A stretch of DNA of 22,743 nucleotides, from positions 1 to 22,743 of the forward strand of contig JBKGZT010000019.1 of NCBI GenBank assembly GCA_046543235.1, read 5' to 3'. Of the stretch, positions 8,768 through 17,359 are shown piece by piece (the stretch's first letter is position 1; each line of letters begins with the position of its first letter). A program made the position numbers and the translations under genes. The notes under the pieces were generated by a model, which saw only the letters and a program-made list of their open reading frames with translations, was not told where the DNA came from and did not search any database. The DNA is from Candidatus Acetothermia bacterium (GTDB taxonomy: Bacteria; Bipolaricaulota; Bipolaricaulia; M55B111).

Positions 8768-9397
8768 CTAAAGCAAAACCACTTCGCCTCGATTCCTCTC
8801 CAACTTGCCCTCGCTTTCCAGCTGCCCGAGACTTCTGGTTACGGTTTCTTCCGTCATCCCTGCCATCTCGGCTAGTTCTTGGCGGGTAAGGAATCCGATC
8901 CTCGCACCCTCTTCGGATTCCTCACCTAAAGGGGCAAGTTTACGGAGAATGGAATGAATGCGTTCCTTGGCAGACAGGGAGATCTGGTTCTGCAGGGTGC
9001 GGTCTCTCGACTGAAGTTCGTCGGAAATCATGTCTACTACATCAAGAGCGAGGTTTGGATTTTTGATCAACTGTTTACGGAACGAATTCCGGAGGACTTC
9101 TTGGAGCGCCGTATCTACCAAGGCCTTAGCAGTACAGGGCTGGTTGACGACCTGGGAAGAGAGGTGAAAAGTCGAAAAGATGTCCCCGGACCGTAGGATC
9201 TGGTAAGTTAAAAGTTTCCCGTTCGGAATTCTTTGAGACTGTGAGACCCCACCAACTTCGACGCGATACACCTTGTTGTCCGGTTCTCCTTCCTTATAAA
9301 TCGTCTCCCCGTGTTCGTATTCTACCCTGGCTCCTTCGCTTTCGACCAGGCAATCGAAGAGGTCGGTTAGGCTAGAAAATTCTCTGTCGTTGGTCAT
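8768..9397 (-). CDS. Crp/Fnr-family transcriptional regulator
   Basis: cNMP-binding-like barrel ('GETIYKEGEP', 'GDIF') and HTH 'LTRQELAEMAGMTEETVTRSLGQLESEG'. Start set at ATG 9397 because the ORF-track extension runs through two tRNAs. Confidence 0.9.
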   Translation of the reverse strand: MTNDREFSSLTDLFDCLVESEGARVEYEHGETIYKEGEPDNKVYRVEVGGVSQSQRIPNGKLLTYQILRSGDIFSTFHLSSQVVNQPCTAKALVDTALQEVLRNSFRKQLIKNPNLALDVVDMISDELQSRDRTLQNQISLSAKERIHSILRKLAPLGEESEEGARIGFLTRQELAEMAGMTEETVTRSLGQLESEGKLERNRGEVVLL

Positions 9398-9401
9398 TTT
9401 T

Positions 9402-9478
9402 TGGTACGCCCGGGAGGATTTGAACCCCCGACCTACGGATCCGCAATCCGTCGCTCTCATCCACTGAGCTACGGGCGC
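9402..9478 (-). tRNA. tRNA-Arg (anticodon GCG)
   Basis: Folded by eye: GCGCCCG/CGGGCGT acceptor, GCTC/GAGC D arm, ACGGA-TTGCGGA-TCCGT anticodon arm, GGGGG-TTCAAAT-CCTCC T arm, encoded CCA. Confidence 0.96.
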
Positions 9479-9486
9479 ATGAAAGC

Positions 9487-9575
9487 TGGCGGAGGAGGTG
9501 GGACTCGAACCCACAGGGCCATACGGCCTTACCGGTTTTCGAGACCGGCTCCTTGCCAAATTCGGTCACTCCTCC
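9487..9575 (-). tRNA. tRNA-Ser (anticodon CGA)
   Basis: GGAGGAG/CTCCTCC acceptor, CCGGT-CTCGAAA-ACCGG anticodon arm, long variable arm GGCC-GTAT-GGCC, GTGGG-TTCGAGT-CCCAC T arm, G73 discriminator, encoded CCA. Confidence 0.96.
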
Positions 9576-9587
9576 AAGTACGATTCT

Positions 9588-9616
9588 ATAGTAGTGCCGA
9601 GCGTTCTTTAGTTCAA
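9588..9616 (-). promoter_or_regulatory. Sigma70-type promoter for the tRNA pair
   Basis: Minus strand TTGAAC-17 nt-TACTAT, ending 12 nt before tRNA-Ser. Confidence 0.55.
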
Positions 9617-9699
9617 GGCAGTTTCCCGGTTGAAGCGCAGCTATCGATTTTTTGGACCCAAGTCCTAGGTTAAATCCCTGCTGGCGAATCTTGATGGAA

Positions 9700-9728
9700 T
9701 TGTAAAATAAAGAGTGCCCCGCTAAAAT
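9700..9728 (+). promoter_or_regulatory. Sigma70-type promoter for sucD
   Basis: TTGTAA-17 nt-TAAAAT, 42 nt upstream of ATG 9771. Confidence 0.55.
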
Positions 9729-9770
9729 ACCTTTTGGTGCAGGTAGTTGAAGTTAAGAAAGGGAGGGGAG

Positions 9771-10643
9771 ATGTCGATACTAATCGATAGTTCTTCTAAT
9801 GTACTCGTCCAAGGGGTTACGGGCGGGGAAGGGAAGTTTCATAGTCGCCGTATGCAGGAGTACGGGACGAACATCGTGGCTGGTGTAACGCCGGGCAAAG
9901 GAGGGGAAGAGGTAAGCGGAGTTCCTGTCTACGATAGCGTAAGAGGGGCTAGATCGGACGTCCGGATCGATGCTTCAGTGATCTTTGTACCGGCGAAGTT
10001 TGCAAAAGATGCCATCCTGGAAGCTGTCAGTAACGAGATCGGGCTCGTGGTTTGTATAACTGAAAACATACCGGTTCATGACATGGTTGAAGTTTACAAT
10101 TACGTAAATAACTGTACCGGATCGACCTTAATAGGGCCCAACTGTCCGGGTATTATATCGCCCGGAAAAAGCAAGGTCGGCATAATGCCCGGAGATGTGT
10201 TTAGTCCGGGAAGGGTTGGTATTGTTTCCAGGAGCGGGACACTTACTTACGAAATTTCCTCCGAGCTAACCGATGCGGGTCTGGGTCAATCCACCGTCGT
10301 CGGGATTGGGGGGGATCAAATCGTTGGAACCGGTTTCGTCGAGGTCGTATCAAGGCTTGACGAAGACCCGGAAACCGATTTAATCGTCATGGTTGGAGAA
10401 ATAGGTGGTTCGGCGGAAGAAAGGGTGGCCGAGTTCATCTCGGGAAAGGTTTCCACCCCTTCAGTGGCCTACATAGCTGGGTTTAGTGCTCCCAGGGGCA
10501 AAAGAATGGGGCACGCGGGGGCGATAGTTTCGGGTGAAGAGGGAACCGCCGAGTCAAAGGCAAAAGCTCTGAGGGATGCTGGTATACCGGTTGGGCGGAG
10601 CCCTGCTGAACTGGCGGATCTTGCCAGGAAGGCTCTTAGCTGA
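9771..10643 (+). CDS. sucD: Succinyl-CoA synthetase alpha subunit
   Basis: 'VQGVTG', 'GVTPGKGG', 'IGPNCPG', 'SRSGTLTYE', phospho-His motif 'MGHAGA'; GGGAGG RBS before ATG 9771. Confidence 0.95.
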   Translation: MSILIDSSSNVLVQGVTGGEGKFHSRRMQEYGTNIVAGVTPGKGGEEVSGVPVYDSVRGARSDVRIDASVIFVPAKFAKDAILEAVSNEIGLVVCITENIPVHDMVEVYNYVNNCTGSTLIGPNCPGIISPGKSKVGIMPGDVFSPGRVGIVSRSGTLTYEISSELTDAGLGQSTVVGIGGDQIVGTGFVEVVSRLDEDPETDLIVMVGEIGGSAEERVAEFISGKVSTPSVAYIAGFSAPRGKRMGHAGAIVSGEEGTAESKAKALRDAGIPVGRSPAELADLARKALS

Positions 10644-10678
10644 TCTGAGCCGGTACGAGTTGGGCTCCTTGGGACCAA

Positions 10679-11827
10679 TTAGGTGCTTCCGGCCCCGATA
10701 ATTGTCTCGGCACCGTCTTCAAGCGAGTCGGCGGCCGAGATCCCGTTTTCCTTTAGTATTTTCCTGCCCTCTTCCTCGTTAGTGCCGGTTAGCCTAACGA
10801 CCAGGGGTAGTAGATCACCTTTCGTGTTTTCAAGGGCTTTTACTATCCCACTGGCAATCTCATCACAGCGCGTTATTCCTCCAAATATATTGACAAAAAC
10901 CCCCTTTAGACCTTCCTTTTCGGTGACTAACTCGTAAGCCTTTTTCATTAGTTCGGCATCGGCTCCGCCACCTACGTCGAGGAAGTTCGCGGGTTTACCG
11001 CCCTTTTGGCTCAGCACGTCGAGGGTCGACATAACCAGACCGGCACCGTTACCTATGACCCCGATACTCCCGTCCAATTCGACGTATTGAAGGCCAATAG
11101 CTTCCGCTTTCCTTTCCAGGATGGTCTTGCTACCCCCCTCGATCCCCTGGGGAAGTATTTCTTCAATTTTCTCGGAAGCTCTCGTGTCATCGTCTATTTT
11201 GACTTTTGAATCTAGCGCGAGCAGCTTCCTTTCTTTTGTCAGGGCGACCGGGTTGATTTCGACTAGGGTGGCTCCGTATTCCTCGTAAACCGAAAAGAGC
11301 TTCTCCAGGAGCCGGTAAAAGTCCCCAAAGTGTTCATCGTTCACTTCGGTCCGGTAAAGCAGCTCTCTTATGGTATAAGGTTGGAGACCAATAAGGGGGT
11401 CAGGCGAGGCTTCGTAAATCGCATCGGGACTGTTAGTGGCTACTTCTTCGATGTCCACACCGCCCTGTGGCGAAAAGATTATTACCGGACCCTTCCTCTC
11501 TCTGTCCAGCAGGATGGAAACGTAGTATTCTTTTTCTATATCAACCTTTTCAACTAGCAGGACCTTGGAGACCTTCTCACCTTTTAGCTCGGAACCGAGG
11601 AGTTCTTCCGCGGCTTTCCGAGCTTCCTTGGGGGTCTCCACGATCTTAACGCCACCGGCTTTTCCTCTTCCTCCCACCGGCACCTGGGCTTTTACTACGC
11701 CTTTGCCCTCCAGTTTATACCTGGCTATCCTGTAAGCTTCCTCGCCCGTTTCGGCGACCTCACCAAGGGGTAGAGGTACTCCGGTTTTCATCAATAGCTT
11801 CCTGCCCTGGTATTCCAGTAACCTCAT
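10679..11827 (-). CDS. sucC: Succinyl-CoA synthetase beta subunit
   Basis: 'MRLLEYQG', 'VKAQVPVGGRGKAGG', 'EINP', 'GNGAGL', 'NFLDVGG', 'NIFGGI'; AAGGAGGT RBS. Confidence 0.95.
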   Translation of the reverse strand: MRLLEYQGRKLLMKTGVPLPLGEVAETGEEAYRIARYKLEGKGVVKAQVPVGGRGKAGGVKIVETPKEARKAAEELLGSELKGEKVSKVLLVEKVDIEKEYYVSILLDRERKGPVIIFSPQGGVDIEEVATNSPDAIYEASPDPLIGLQPYTIRELLYRTEVNDEHFGDFYRLLEKLFSVYEEYGATLVEINPVALTKERKLLALDSKVKIDDDTRASEKIEEILPQGIEGGSKTILERKAEAIGLQYVELDGSIGVIGNGAGLVMSTLDVLSQKGGKPANFLDVGGGADAELMKKAYELVTEKEGLKGVFVNIFGGITRCDEIASGIVKALENTKGDLLPLVVRLTGTNEEEGRKILKENGISAADSLEDGAETIIGAGST

Positions 11828-11878
11828 TACGACCTCCTTTTAGTTCGAGTCGACCTTATTTTTGCCTTGAAAACACCA

Positions 11879-13363
11879 TTAGAATAATAAACCGATTAAC
11901 GGTTGCAGTACAAAGTAGCCGAATGCGGTAATAACGACCAGAGCTATTATGTTCAGACCGAAACCGTTTTTGACCATCTGTGGGATCGTCACGTGGCCGG
12001 TACCGAATACGATCGCGTTTGGTGGCGTCGCCACGGGCAGCATGAAGGCACCGGATATCCCGAGTATCGCCGGTACGGCAAGCACGAGGAACTCTATCTC
12101 CATGGCTGATGCGAGGGGGACGAGAACCGGCAACATCATCGCCGCGGTTCCGGTGTTGGAAGTCAGCTGGGTCAAAGCGACCATCAGACCGATTACCAGC
12201 AGCAAAAACAGGAACAGGGGAAGATGGGTAAACCAGTCCAGCCCCCCGGCTAGCCAGGTAGCCAGCCCGCTTTCCTCGATCCCCTTTGCCAGTGCCAGGC
12301 CACCGCCGAAAAGAATAAGCGTGCCCCAGGGGATCTTGACCGCCCATTCCCAGTCCAGGGCGAACTCTCCCTGATCCAGGTTGATTGGTATCATAAACAG
12401 AAGTACTGCCATGGCGATACCTATTGTGGCATCTCCGACCATTGGAAGAAGCGGAGAGATGAGAAAACTCCTAATAATCCAGAGGAAGGCCGTCAGGGCG
12501 AAAACGACTAGCACTCGTCTCTCGCCCTTTCCCATAGGACCCAGTTTCTGCAACCTTTCTTCTATCAAATCATCCCCACCCGGGATGCTCTCCATATGGA
12601 TTGGACTGCTCACACTGGTGAGGTACCACCAGGAAACTGGAAGCAAAATAATCACAACGGGAATTCCGACGATCATCCAGTTCAGGAAGGAAATGTTTTG
12701 CCCCAGGTTGTTTTCCATGAAGGCCGCAAGGAGGGCATTGGGCGGGGTCCCAATTATCGTCCCCATACCTCCGATGTTACATGCGTAAGCAATGCCCAGC
12801 ATGAGAGCCACGCCGAAGTTGGTTTCGAGCTTTCCTTTTGATTCTTCTTTCTCCTTGTTTGCGTTTTTGACGAAGGACACCACGGCCAGGCCCACCGTCG
12901 CCATCATCATTGCCGTCGCGGTATTGGAAATCCACATGGAAAGAAAGCCGCTGGCGACCATGAAGCCCAGAATTAACCTCCTGGGTCCGGTTCCGATCCC
13001 TCGGATAATATAAAGGGCAATCCGCCGGTGGAGCCCCCACTTCTGCATGGCAACTGCAATCAAAAATCCTGCCATGAACAGGAAGACCAGCCTGTGCCCG
13101 TACTGAGATGCCACGTCCCCGGAGTCCATGATGCCGAAGGCGGGAAACAGGACTAACGGCAACAGCGACACGGCCGCAATTGGCAGCGCTTCGGAAACCC
13201 ACCACGTCGCCATCAATACCGCGATTGCCAGGGTCCTTTTGGCTTCCGGGCTGTGAATTTCTAGGGGAAGAAGCAATATTAAGGTGAAGAAAGCGAGGCC
13301 AAGGACTAATCCCATCCGCTGCCTAAATCCAAAGTTTTTTGAAGATTCCTCGTTGTTTAACAA
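11879..13363 (-). CDS. DASS/SLC13 sodium:dicarboxylate symporter (SdcS/VcINDY-like)
   Basis: Two SNT motifs ('SMWISNTAT', 'LTSNTGT'), 'IGTPPN', 'PVATPPNA', many TM segments. Confidence 0.93.
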   Translation of the reverse strand: MLNNEESSKNFGFRQRMGLVLGLAFFTLILLLPLEIHSPEAKRTLAIAVLMATWWVSEALPIAAVSLLPLVLFPAFGIMDSGDVASQYGHRLVFLFMAGFLIAVAMQKWGLHRRIALYIIRGIGTGPRRLILGFMVASGFLSMWISNTATAMMMATVGLAVVSFVKNANKEKEESKGKLETNFGVALMLGIAYACNIGGMGTIIGTPPNALLAAFMENNLGQNISFLNWMIVGIPVVIILLPVSWWYLTSVSSPIHMESIPGGDDLIEERLQKLGPMGKGERRVLVVFALTAFLWIIRSFLISPLLPMVGDATIGIAMAVLLFMIPINLDQGEFALDWEWAVKIPWGTLILFGGGLALAKGIEESGLATWLAGGLDWFTHLPLFLFLLLVIGLMVALTQLTSNTGTAAMMLPVLVPLASAMEIEFLVLAVPAILGISGAFMLPVATPPNAIVFGTGHVTIPQMVKNGFGLNIIALVVITAFGYFVLQPLIGLLF

Positions 13364-13527
13364 TGGTTGCTATCACCGGTGGTTATTATCTTAATTCTCG
13401 AGCTCTCTTCTATTGCGTCAACTCTACTGAAGAGTGTCAATATATGGTGAGGGCAAGAACTTCTCTCATCAACCGTAAAAAATTATCATCTCCCCGTAAG
13501 AATATTTTTACCTGCCAGTCCTAGTTC

Positions 13528-14118
13528 CTAAAGTAATTCGAGTTCCTTGGATAGATTTCGATCGACTTGCTCCGAGATCTCCCGGTGGATGGAATCACCG
13601 TTCGAGTCCATCGTCACGAGCAGAGGGCCGAACTCGACGACCTCCAACAACCAGACCGCCTCGGGAACCCCCAGTTCCTCCAGATAAAAGACGTCGACCA
13701 CTTTTTCGACGGAACCTGCCATGAGGGAGCCCGCGCCTCCGGTGAATTGGGCGTAGACTCCACCGTGTTTTTCTAACGCTTTTGAGGTTTCCTCGCCCAT
13801 CCCACCTTTACCGATGAATATTTTCGTTCCGAACTCCTCCATAAAATCGGGTTCGAATATCTCCATCCTAATACTTGTCGTAGGGCCGGCCGAGATTACC
13901 TTCCAGACTTCATTATCTTTCTTCATTACCGGGCCGCAGTGGAAGCAGGGGGAAGCCGAAAGGTCGAAAGGTGGTTCCTCACCCTCTTCTTTCAGGTCAA
14001 GGAGCTTCTCGTGGGCCGCGTCGCGAGCGGTAAATATTTTACCAGTTATCTTGAACGGATCGTTTACTCTCAACCCGTTTACTTCTTCCGGGTCGAGAGG
14101 GGTCTGCAGCACTTTCAT
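13528..14118 (-). CDS. Fe-S hydro-lyase (class I fumarate hydratase / tartrate dehydratase) beta subunit
   Basis: 'TARDAAH', 'GPTTSIRME', 'IGKGGM', 'LGVPEAVW', 'FGPLLVTMDS'. Confidence 0.92.
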   Translation of the reverse strand: MKVLQTPLDPEEVNGLRVNDPFKITGKIFTARDAAHEKLLDLKEEGEEPPFDLSASPCFHCGPVMKKDNEVWKVISAGPTTSIRMEIFEPDFMEEFGTKIFIGKGGMGEETSKALEKHGGVYAQFTGGAGSLMAGSVEKVVDVFYLEELGVPEAVWLLEVVEFGPLLVTMDSNGDSIHREISEQVDRNLSKELELL

Positions 14119-14120
14119 CC

Positions 14121-14990
14121 TTACACCTCCTCGATTTCTCCTTCCGGGGTAATCCGGAACGAGTTACGTCTGTTGGCCCAGCACTGTGGCGTTATACCAA
14201 CGGGATAGGAAGCGGGGTGTCTGTAGTCGTATTCTATTTTTACGTCCAGAACCGTAGTTTTTCCTCCGACGCCCATCGGTCCGACGCCCAAGTTGTTTGC
14301 TCTTTCCTTTAGCTCCTCTTCCAGGTTAGCTATTTCACTTTCCTCGTTCCGCTCGCCTACAGGCCTCAGTAAGGATTTCTTGGCAAGGCTCATTGCAATG
14401 GATGCGGATCCTCCCAGACCCACTCCTACGATCGTAGGCGGACAGGGTTTTCCCTCCATTGAAGCTATCCTCTCCAAAATGAGTTCTTTTACTCCTTTTA
14501 TACCTTTCCCCGGTGTCATCATCGTCAGCTGGCTCATGTTCGTGCTCCCTCCACCCTTTGGCAGGTAAGTCACCTTCAGGTCCGAGCCGTCGACGATATT
14601 CCAGTTTATCCAGGGAATTGAACGCCCTGTATTGTCTCCAGGGTTTTTCCCCGAAATTGGATGAACGGTATTTGGTCGGATCGGAACTTCTTCCGTTGCA
14701 AGCCTGATGCCCTCTCTTACCGCTTTTTTGACCTCGGCCAGCTGATCGATTGCAGGATAATCGGACCCCAGTTGAACGTAAAAAGTGGGCGTCCCCGTAT
14801 CCTGGCATATAGGTATCTCCTCTTTCTGGCCGATCTCCACGGCTTCCAATATTGCATCCAGCTGGACGCGGGCGCCATCTTCTTCTCTTTCTCTTGCCTC
14901 TTTTAGCGCTGTCAGCGTCGGCTCCGGTAGCGTGGTAACCGACTTTTTAATCGGACCGACCAAATCCCGAGCCAGTTTCTCCGGAATCAT
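14121..14990 (-). CDS. Fe-S hydro-lyase (class I fumarate hydratase / tartrate dehydratase) alpha subunit
   Basis: 'PICQDTG', 'KGGGS', 'CPP', 'RHPAS', 'CWANRR'; the KGGGS motif favours fumarase. Confidence 0.92.
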   Translation of the reverse strand: MIPEKLARDLVGPIKKSVTTLPEPTLTALKEAREREEDGARVQLDAILEAVEIGQKEEIPICQDTGTPTFYVQLGSDYPAIDQLAEVKKAVREGIRLATEEVPIRPNTVHPISGKNPGDNTGRSIPWINWNIVDGSDLKVTYLPKGGGSTNMSQLTMMTPGKGIKGVKELILERIASMEGKPCPPTIVGVGLGGSASIAMSLAKKSLLRPVGERNEESEIANLEEELKERANNLGVGPMGVGGKTTVLDVKIEYDYRHPASYPVGITPQCWANRRNSFRITPEGEIEEV

Positions 14991-15105
14991 GGTCTATCAC
15001 CTCTTGATTCACTTCATGAAAAGGACAGTTTAAGCACGCGAGTCGGAAATTTCTCGGCCCGGGGAGCCCGGAGCCCTCTAGATGAGTTAACCTCAAAGAA
15101 AAACT

Positions 15106-16461
15106 TCATTCCTCAGGTGGTTCCTCGATAAGGCCTTCCTCCATGGCCTTCTGGGTCCACTCTCTCGCCTTTTCGATTCTCGACCGGGCTGACTCGGCAA
15201 GTTCTTTCTCCGTCATTTCGTTTCGTGCAATCCCCTGTTCAATTGCCTTTTTTCCGACGGCGACGGCCTGGTTTATGAATACCTCCCACTCGTCCATATT
15301 TGGAACGACGTATTCTTCACTCAGTCCTTTCTCTTCAGCAGTATCCGCTATGGCGTGCGCGGCCGCGATCGCCATCTCGTCGGTGATGGTCTCTGCGTTT
15401 ACGTCCAGGGTTCCCCGGAATATTCCGGGAAAACCTATGGAGTTGTTGATCTGATTGGGGAAGTCGGAGCGTCCGGTGCCGACGATCCTTGCCCCCGCTT
15501 CCTTCGCCTTCCAGGGCCAGATCTCGGGAATCGGGTTGGCTACGACAAACACTACCGCGTCGTCGTTCATCTTTTCGATCCATTCCTTCTTGATCGTGTC
15601 CGGGCCGGGTGCAGAGGCGGCAACCAGCACGTCGGTATCGCGGATGGTCTCCTCCAGACCGCCGGTTCTGCCTTCTCCGTTCGTCTTTACGGCCAGGTCC
15701 CACTTGTAGGGGTTATGGTCTTTGTTCTCTTCCAGGTCCTCGCGTCCCTGGTGCAAAATACCTGTACTGTCCGCAATTACCACGTTTTCCGGAGGTACTC
15801 CTGCGTTAAACATAACCCGGGTCAGCGCGACGTTTGCAGCCCCGGCGCCAATTATCGAGTACTTTGCCTCTTCCAGCTCCTTACCCACGATCTTGAGCGA
15901 GTTTATGATACCGGCCAGCTCGATCGAGGCTGTACCCTGCTGGTCGTCGTGCCATACGGGAATACTCATTTCCTCCCTCAATCGATCTAGAACCTCGAAG
16001 CACTTTGGCTTCGCGATGTCCTCCAGGTTTATCCCCCCAAAACTGGGTTGCAGGATCTTGACCGTTTTGATGATTTCTTCGGGATCTTCGGTATCCAACG
16101 TAATCGGAAAGGCGTCTATACCGCCCAGATATTTGAACAGCAGGGCCTTGCCTTCCATCACGGGGAGCCCGGCCTCCGGACCGATGTTCCCGAGACCGAG
16201 AACTCTGGAACCGTCCGACACGACGGCTACGGTGTTGGCTTTGTTGGTATGCTCGAATACCTTTTCCGGTTCCTCCTCTATCTCTCTGCAGGGTTCGGCA
16301 ACTCCGGGAGTGTACCAGATTCCGAAATCATCGAAACTCCTTATCGCACATTTGGGGTTGGTCTGGATCTTCCCTTTATAGAAAGGGTGAAATTTGAGCG
16401 CGTCCTTCCCCGGTTTTTCCGCCTTTTTTAGCAGTTCCTCTTCGCTGATTTCCTCCTCCAT
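15106..16461 (-). CDS. NAD(P)-dependent malic enzyme (short type, no PTA domain)
   Basis: 'YTPGVA', 'VLGLGNIG', 'PVMEGKA', 'INLEDI', 'HDDQQGT', 'GAGAA', 'TGRSDFPNQINN'. Confidence 0.95.
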   Translation of the reverse strand: MEEEISEEELLKKAEKPGKDALKFHPFYKGKIQTNPKCAIRSFDDFGIWYTPGVAEPCREIEEEPEKVFEHTNKANTVAVVSDGSRVLGLGNIGPEAGLPVMEGKALLFKYLGGIDAFPITLDTEDPEEIIKTVKILQPSFGGINLEDIAKPKCFEVLDRLREEMSIPVWHDDQQGTASIELAGIINSLKIVGKELEEAKYSIIGAGAANVALTRVMFNAGVPPENVVIADSTGILHQGREDLEENKDHNPYKWDLAVKTNGEGRTGGLEETIRDTDVLVAASAPGPDTIKKEWIEKMNDDAVVFVVANPIPEIWPWKAKEAGARIVGTGRSDFPNQINNSIGFPGIFRGTLDVNAETITDEMAIAAAHAIADTAEEKGLSEEYVVPNMDEWEVFINQAVAVGKKAIEQGIARNEMTEKELAESARSRIEKAREWTQKAMEEGLIEEPPEE

Positions 16462-16495
16462 GTTTACCTCCTTTTATCTTTTTCTCCCCCACCGG

Positions 16496-17359
16496 TCAGT
16501 CCAGGTAACTATCCGCGACGTCGCAGTAAGTGGGGCGGTCGGTGTCTACGAACTTTCCGACGATTATCTCCGATTCCGGGTCCCGTTCTATCTCGGCCTC
16601 CGCCGGATCCGAATCGTGCTTGATTACCGCCCTTTCCTGATAACTTTTCAGCTCGTCAATACCTTCACCGAGCTGGTTCTTGCGTCCGTATCCGGTGGGG
16701 CAGGGAGACAGGATCTCTATGAAGGAGAACCCGTTCTTGGAAAGGGCTTCCACCATGCTCTTTTGTATTCTCCGTGCGTGGACGGTTGTCCAGCGGGCGA
16801 CGTAAACAGCTCCCGATGAAGCAGCCAGGTCCGGGAGGTTAAAGGGCTTTTCGTAGTTACCGTATGGCGAGGTGGTGGCATTTGCTCCCTGGGGCGTCGT
16901 CGGTCCGAACTGTCCTCCCGTCATACCGAAGTTGTAGTTATTTACACAGATTACGTTCATATTGAGGTTTCGCCGGGCAGCGTGGATAAAGTGGTTCCCC
17001 CCGATGGCAAAAAGATCCCCGTCACCGCTAAAGACGGTCACGTTCATCTCTGGGTTGGCAAGTTTTAACCCTGTTGCAAAGGGGATGGCTCTTCCATGGG
17101 TGGTGTGGTACGAATCAGTTTCGAAATATCCTGCTCCACGACCGGCGCAACCTATACCTGACACTATACCTATGTCATCTATTGGAAGCTCTAACTCATC
17201 GAATGCATTCGTTAGACCCGTGACTGCCGACCCGAGACCACAGCCGGAACACCAGATGTGCGGCAATCTTTCTTCTCTCAGGTACTTCGTGGCCGGATGG
17301 TTTGCCTCAGTGATCTCCGGCTCGGTAAATTCCTTTCTCTCTTGCATCTCCGTCGTCAT
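16496..17359 (-). CDS. korB: 2-oxoacid (probably 2-oxoglutarate):ferredoxin oxidoreductase beta subunit
   Basis: 'WCSGCG', 'SGIGC', 'HTTHGRA', TPP motif 'GDGD...NN', 'GMTGGQ', 'SPCPT'. ATG 17359 overlaps the korA stop (ATGA) and has a GGAGG RBS. Confidence 0.92.
   Translation of the reverse strand: MTTEMQERKEFTEPEITEANHPATKYLREERLPHIWCSGCGLGSAVTGLTNAFDELELPIDDIGIVSGIGCAGRGAGYFETDSYHTTHGRAIPFATGLKLANPEMNVTVFSGDGDLFAIGGNHFIHAARRNLNMNVICVNNYNFGMTGGQFGPTTPQGANATTSPYGNYEKPFNLPDLAASSGAVYVARWTTVHARRIQKSMVEALSKNGFSFIEILSPCPTGYGRKNQLGEGIDELKSYQERAVIKHDSDPAEAEIERDPESEIIVGKFVDTDRPTYCDVADSYLD

Noticed and set aside
6215-9402. Intact integrative element at the tRNA-Arg 3' end
   Set aside because: No integrase and no duplicate of the tRNA 3' end found by eye.
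9398-9559. N-terminal 54-aa extension of the Crp ORF and ORFs 9372-9569 and 9401-9673
   Set aside because: They run through two well-formed tRNA genes.
13400-13445. Internal promoter upstream of the DASS gene (TTGACA and TTGACG on the minus strand)
   Set aside because: Good -35 hexamers but only weak -10 matches at 16-18 nt; plausible but not supportable.
15143-16819. Long antisense or alternate-frame ORFs here and over most other genes
   Set aside because: Shadow frames of conserved genes, with no motifs or RBS.
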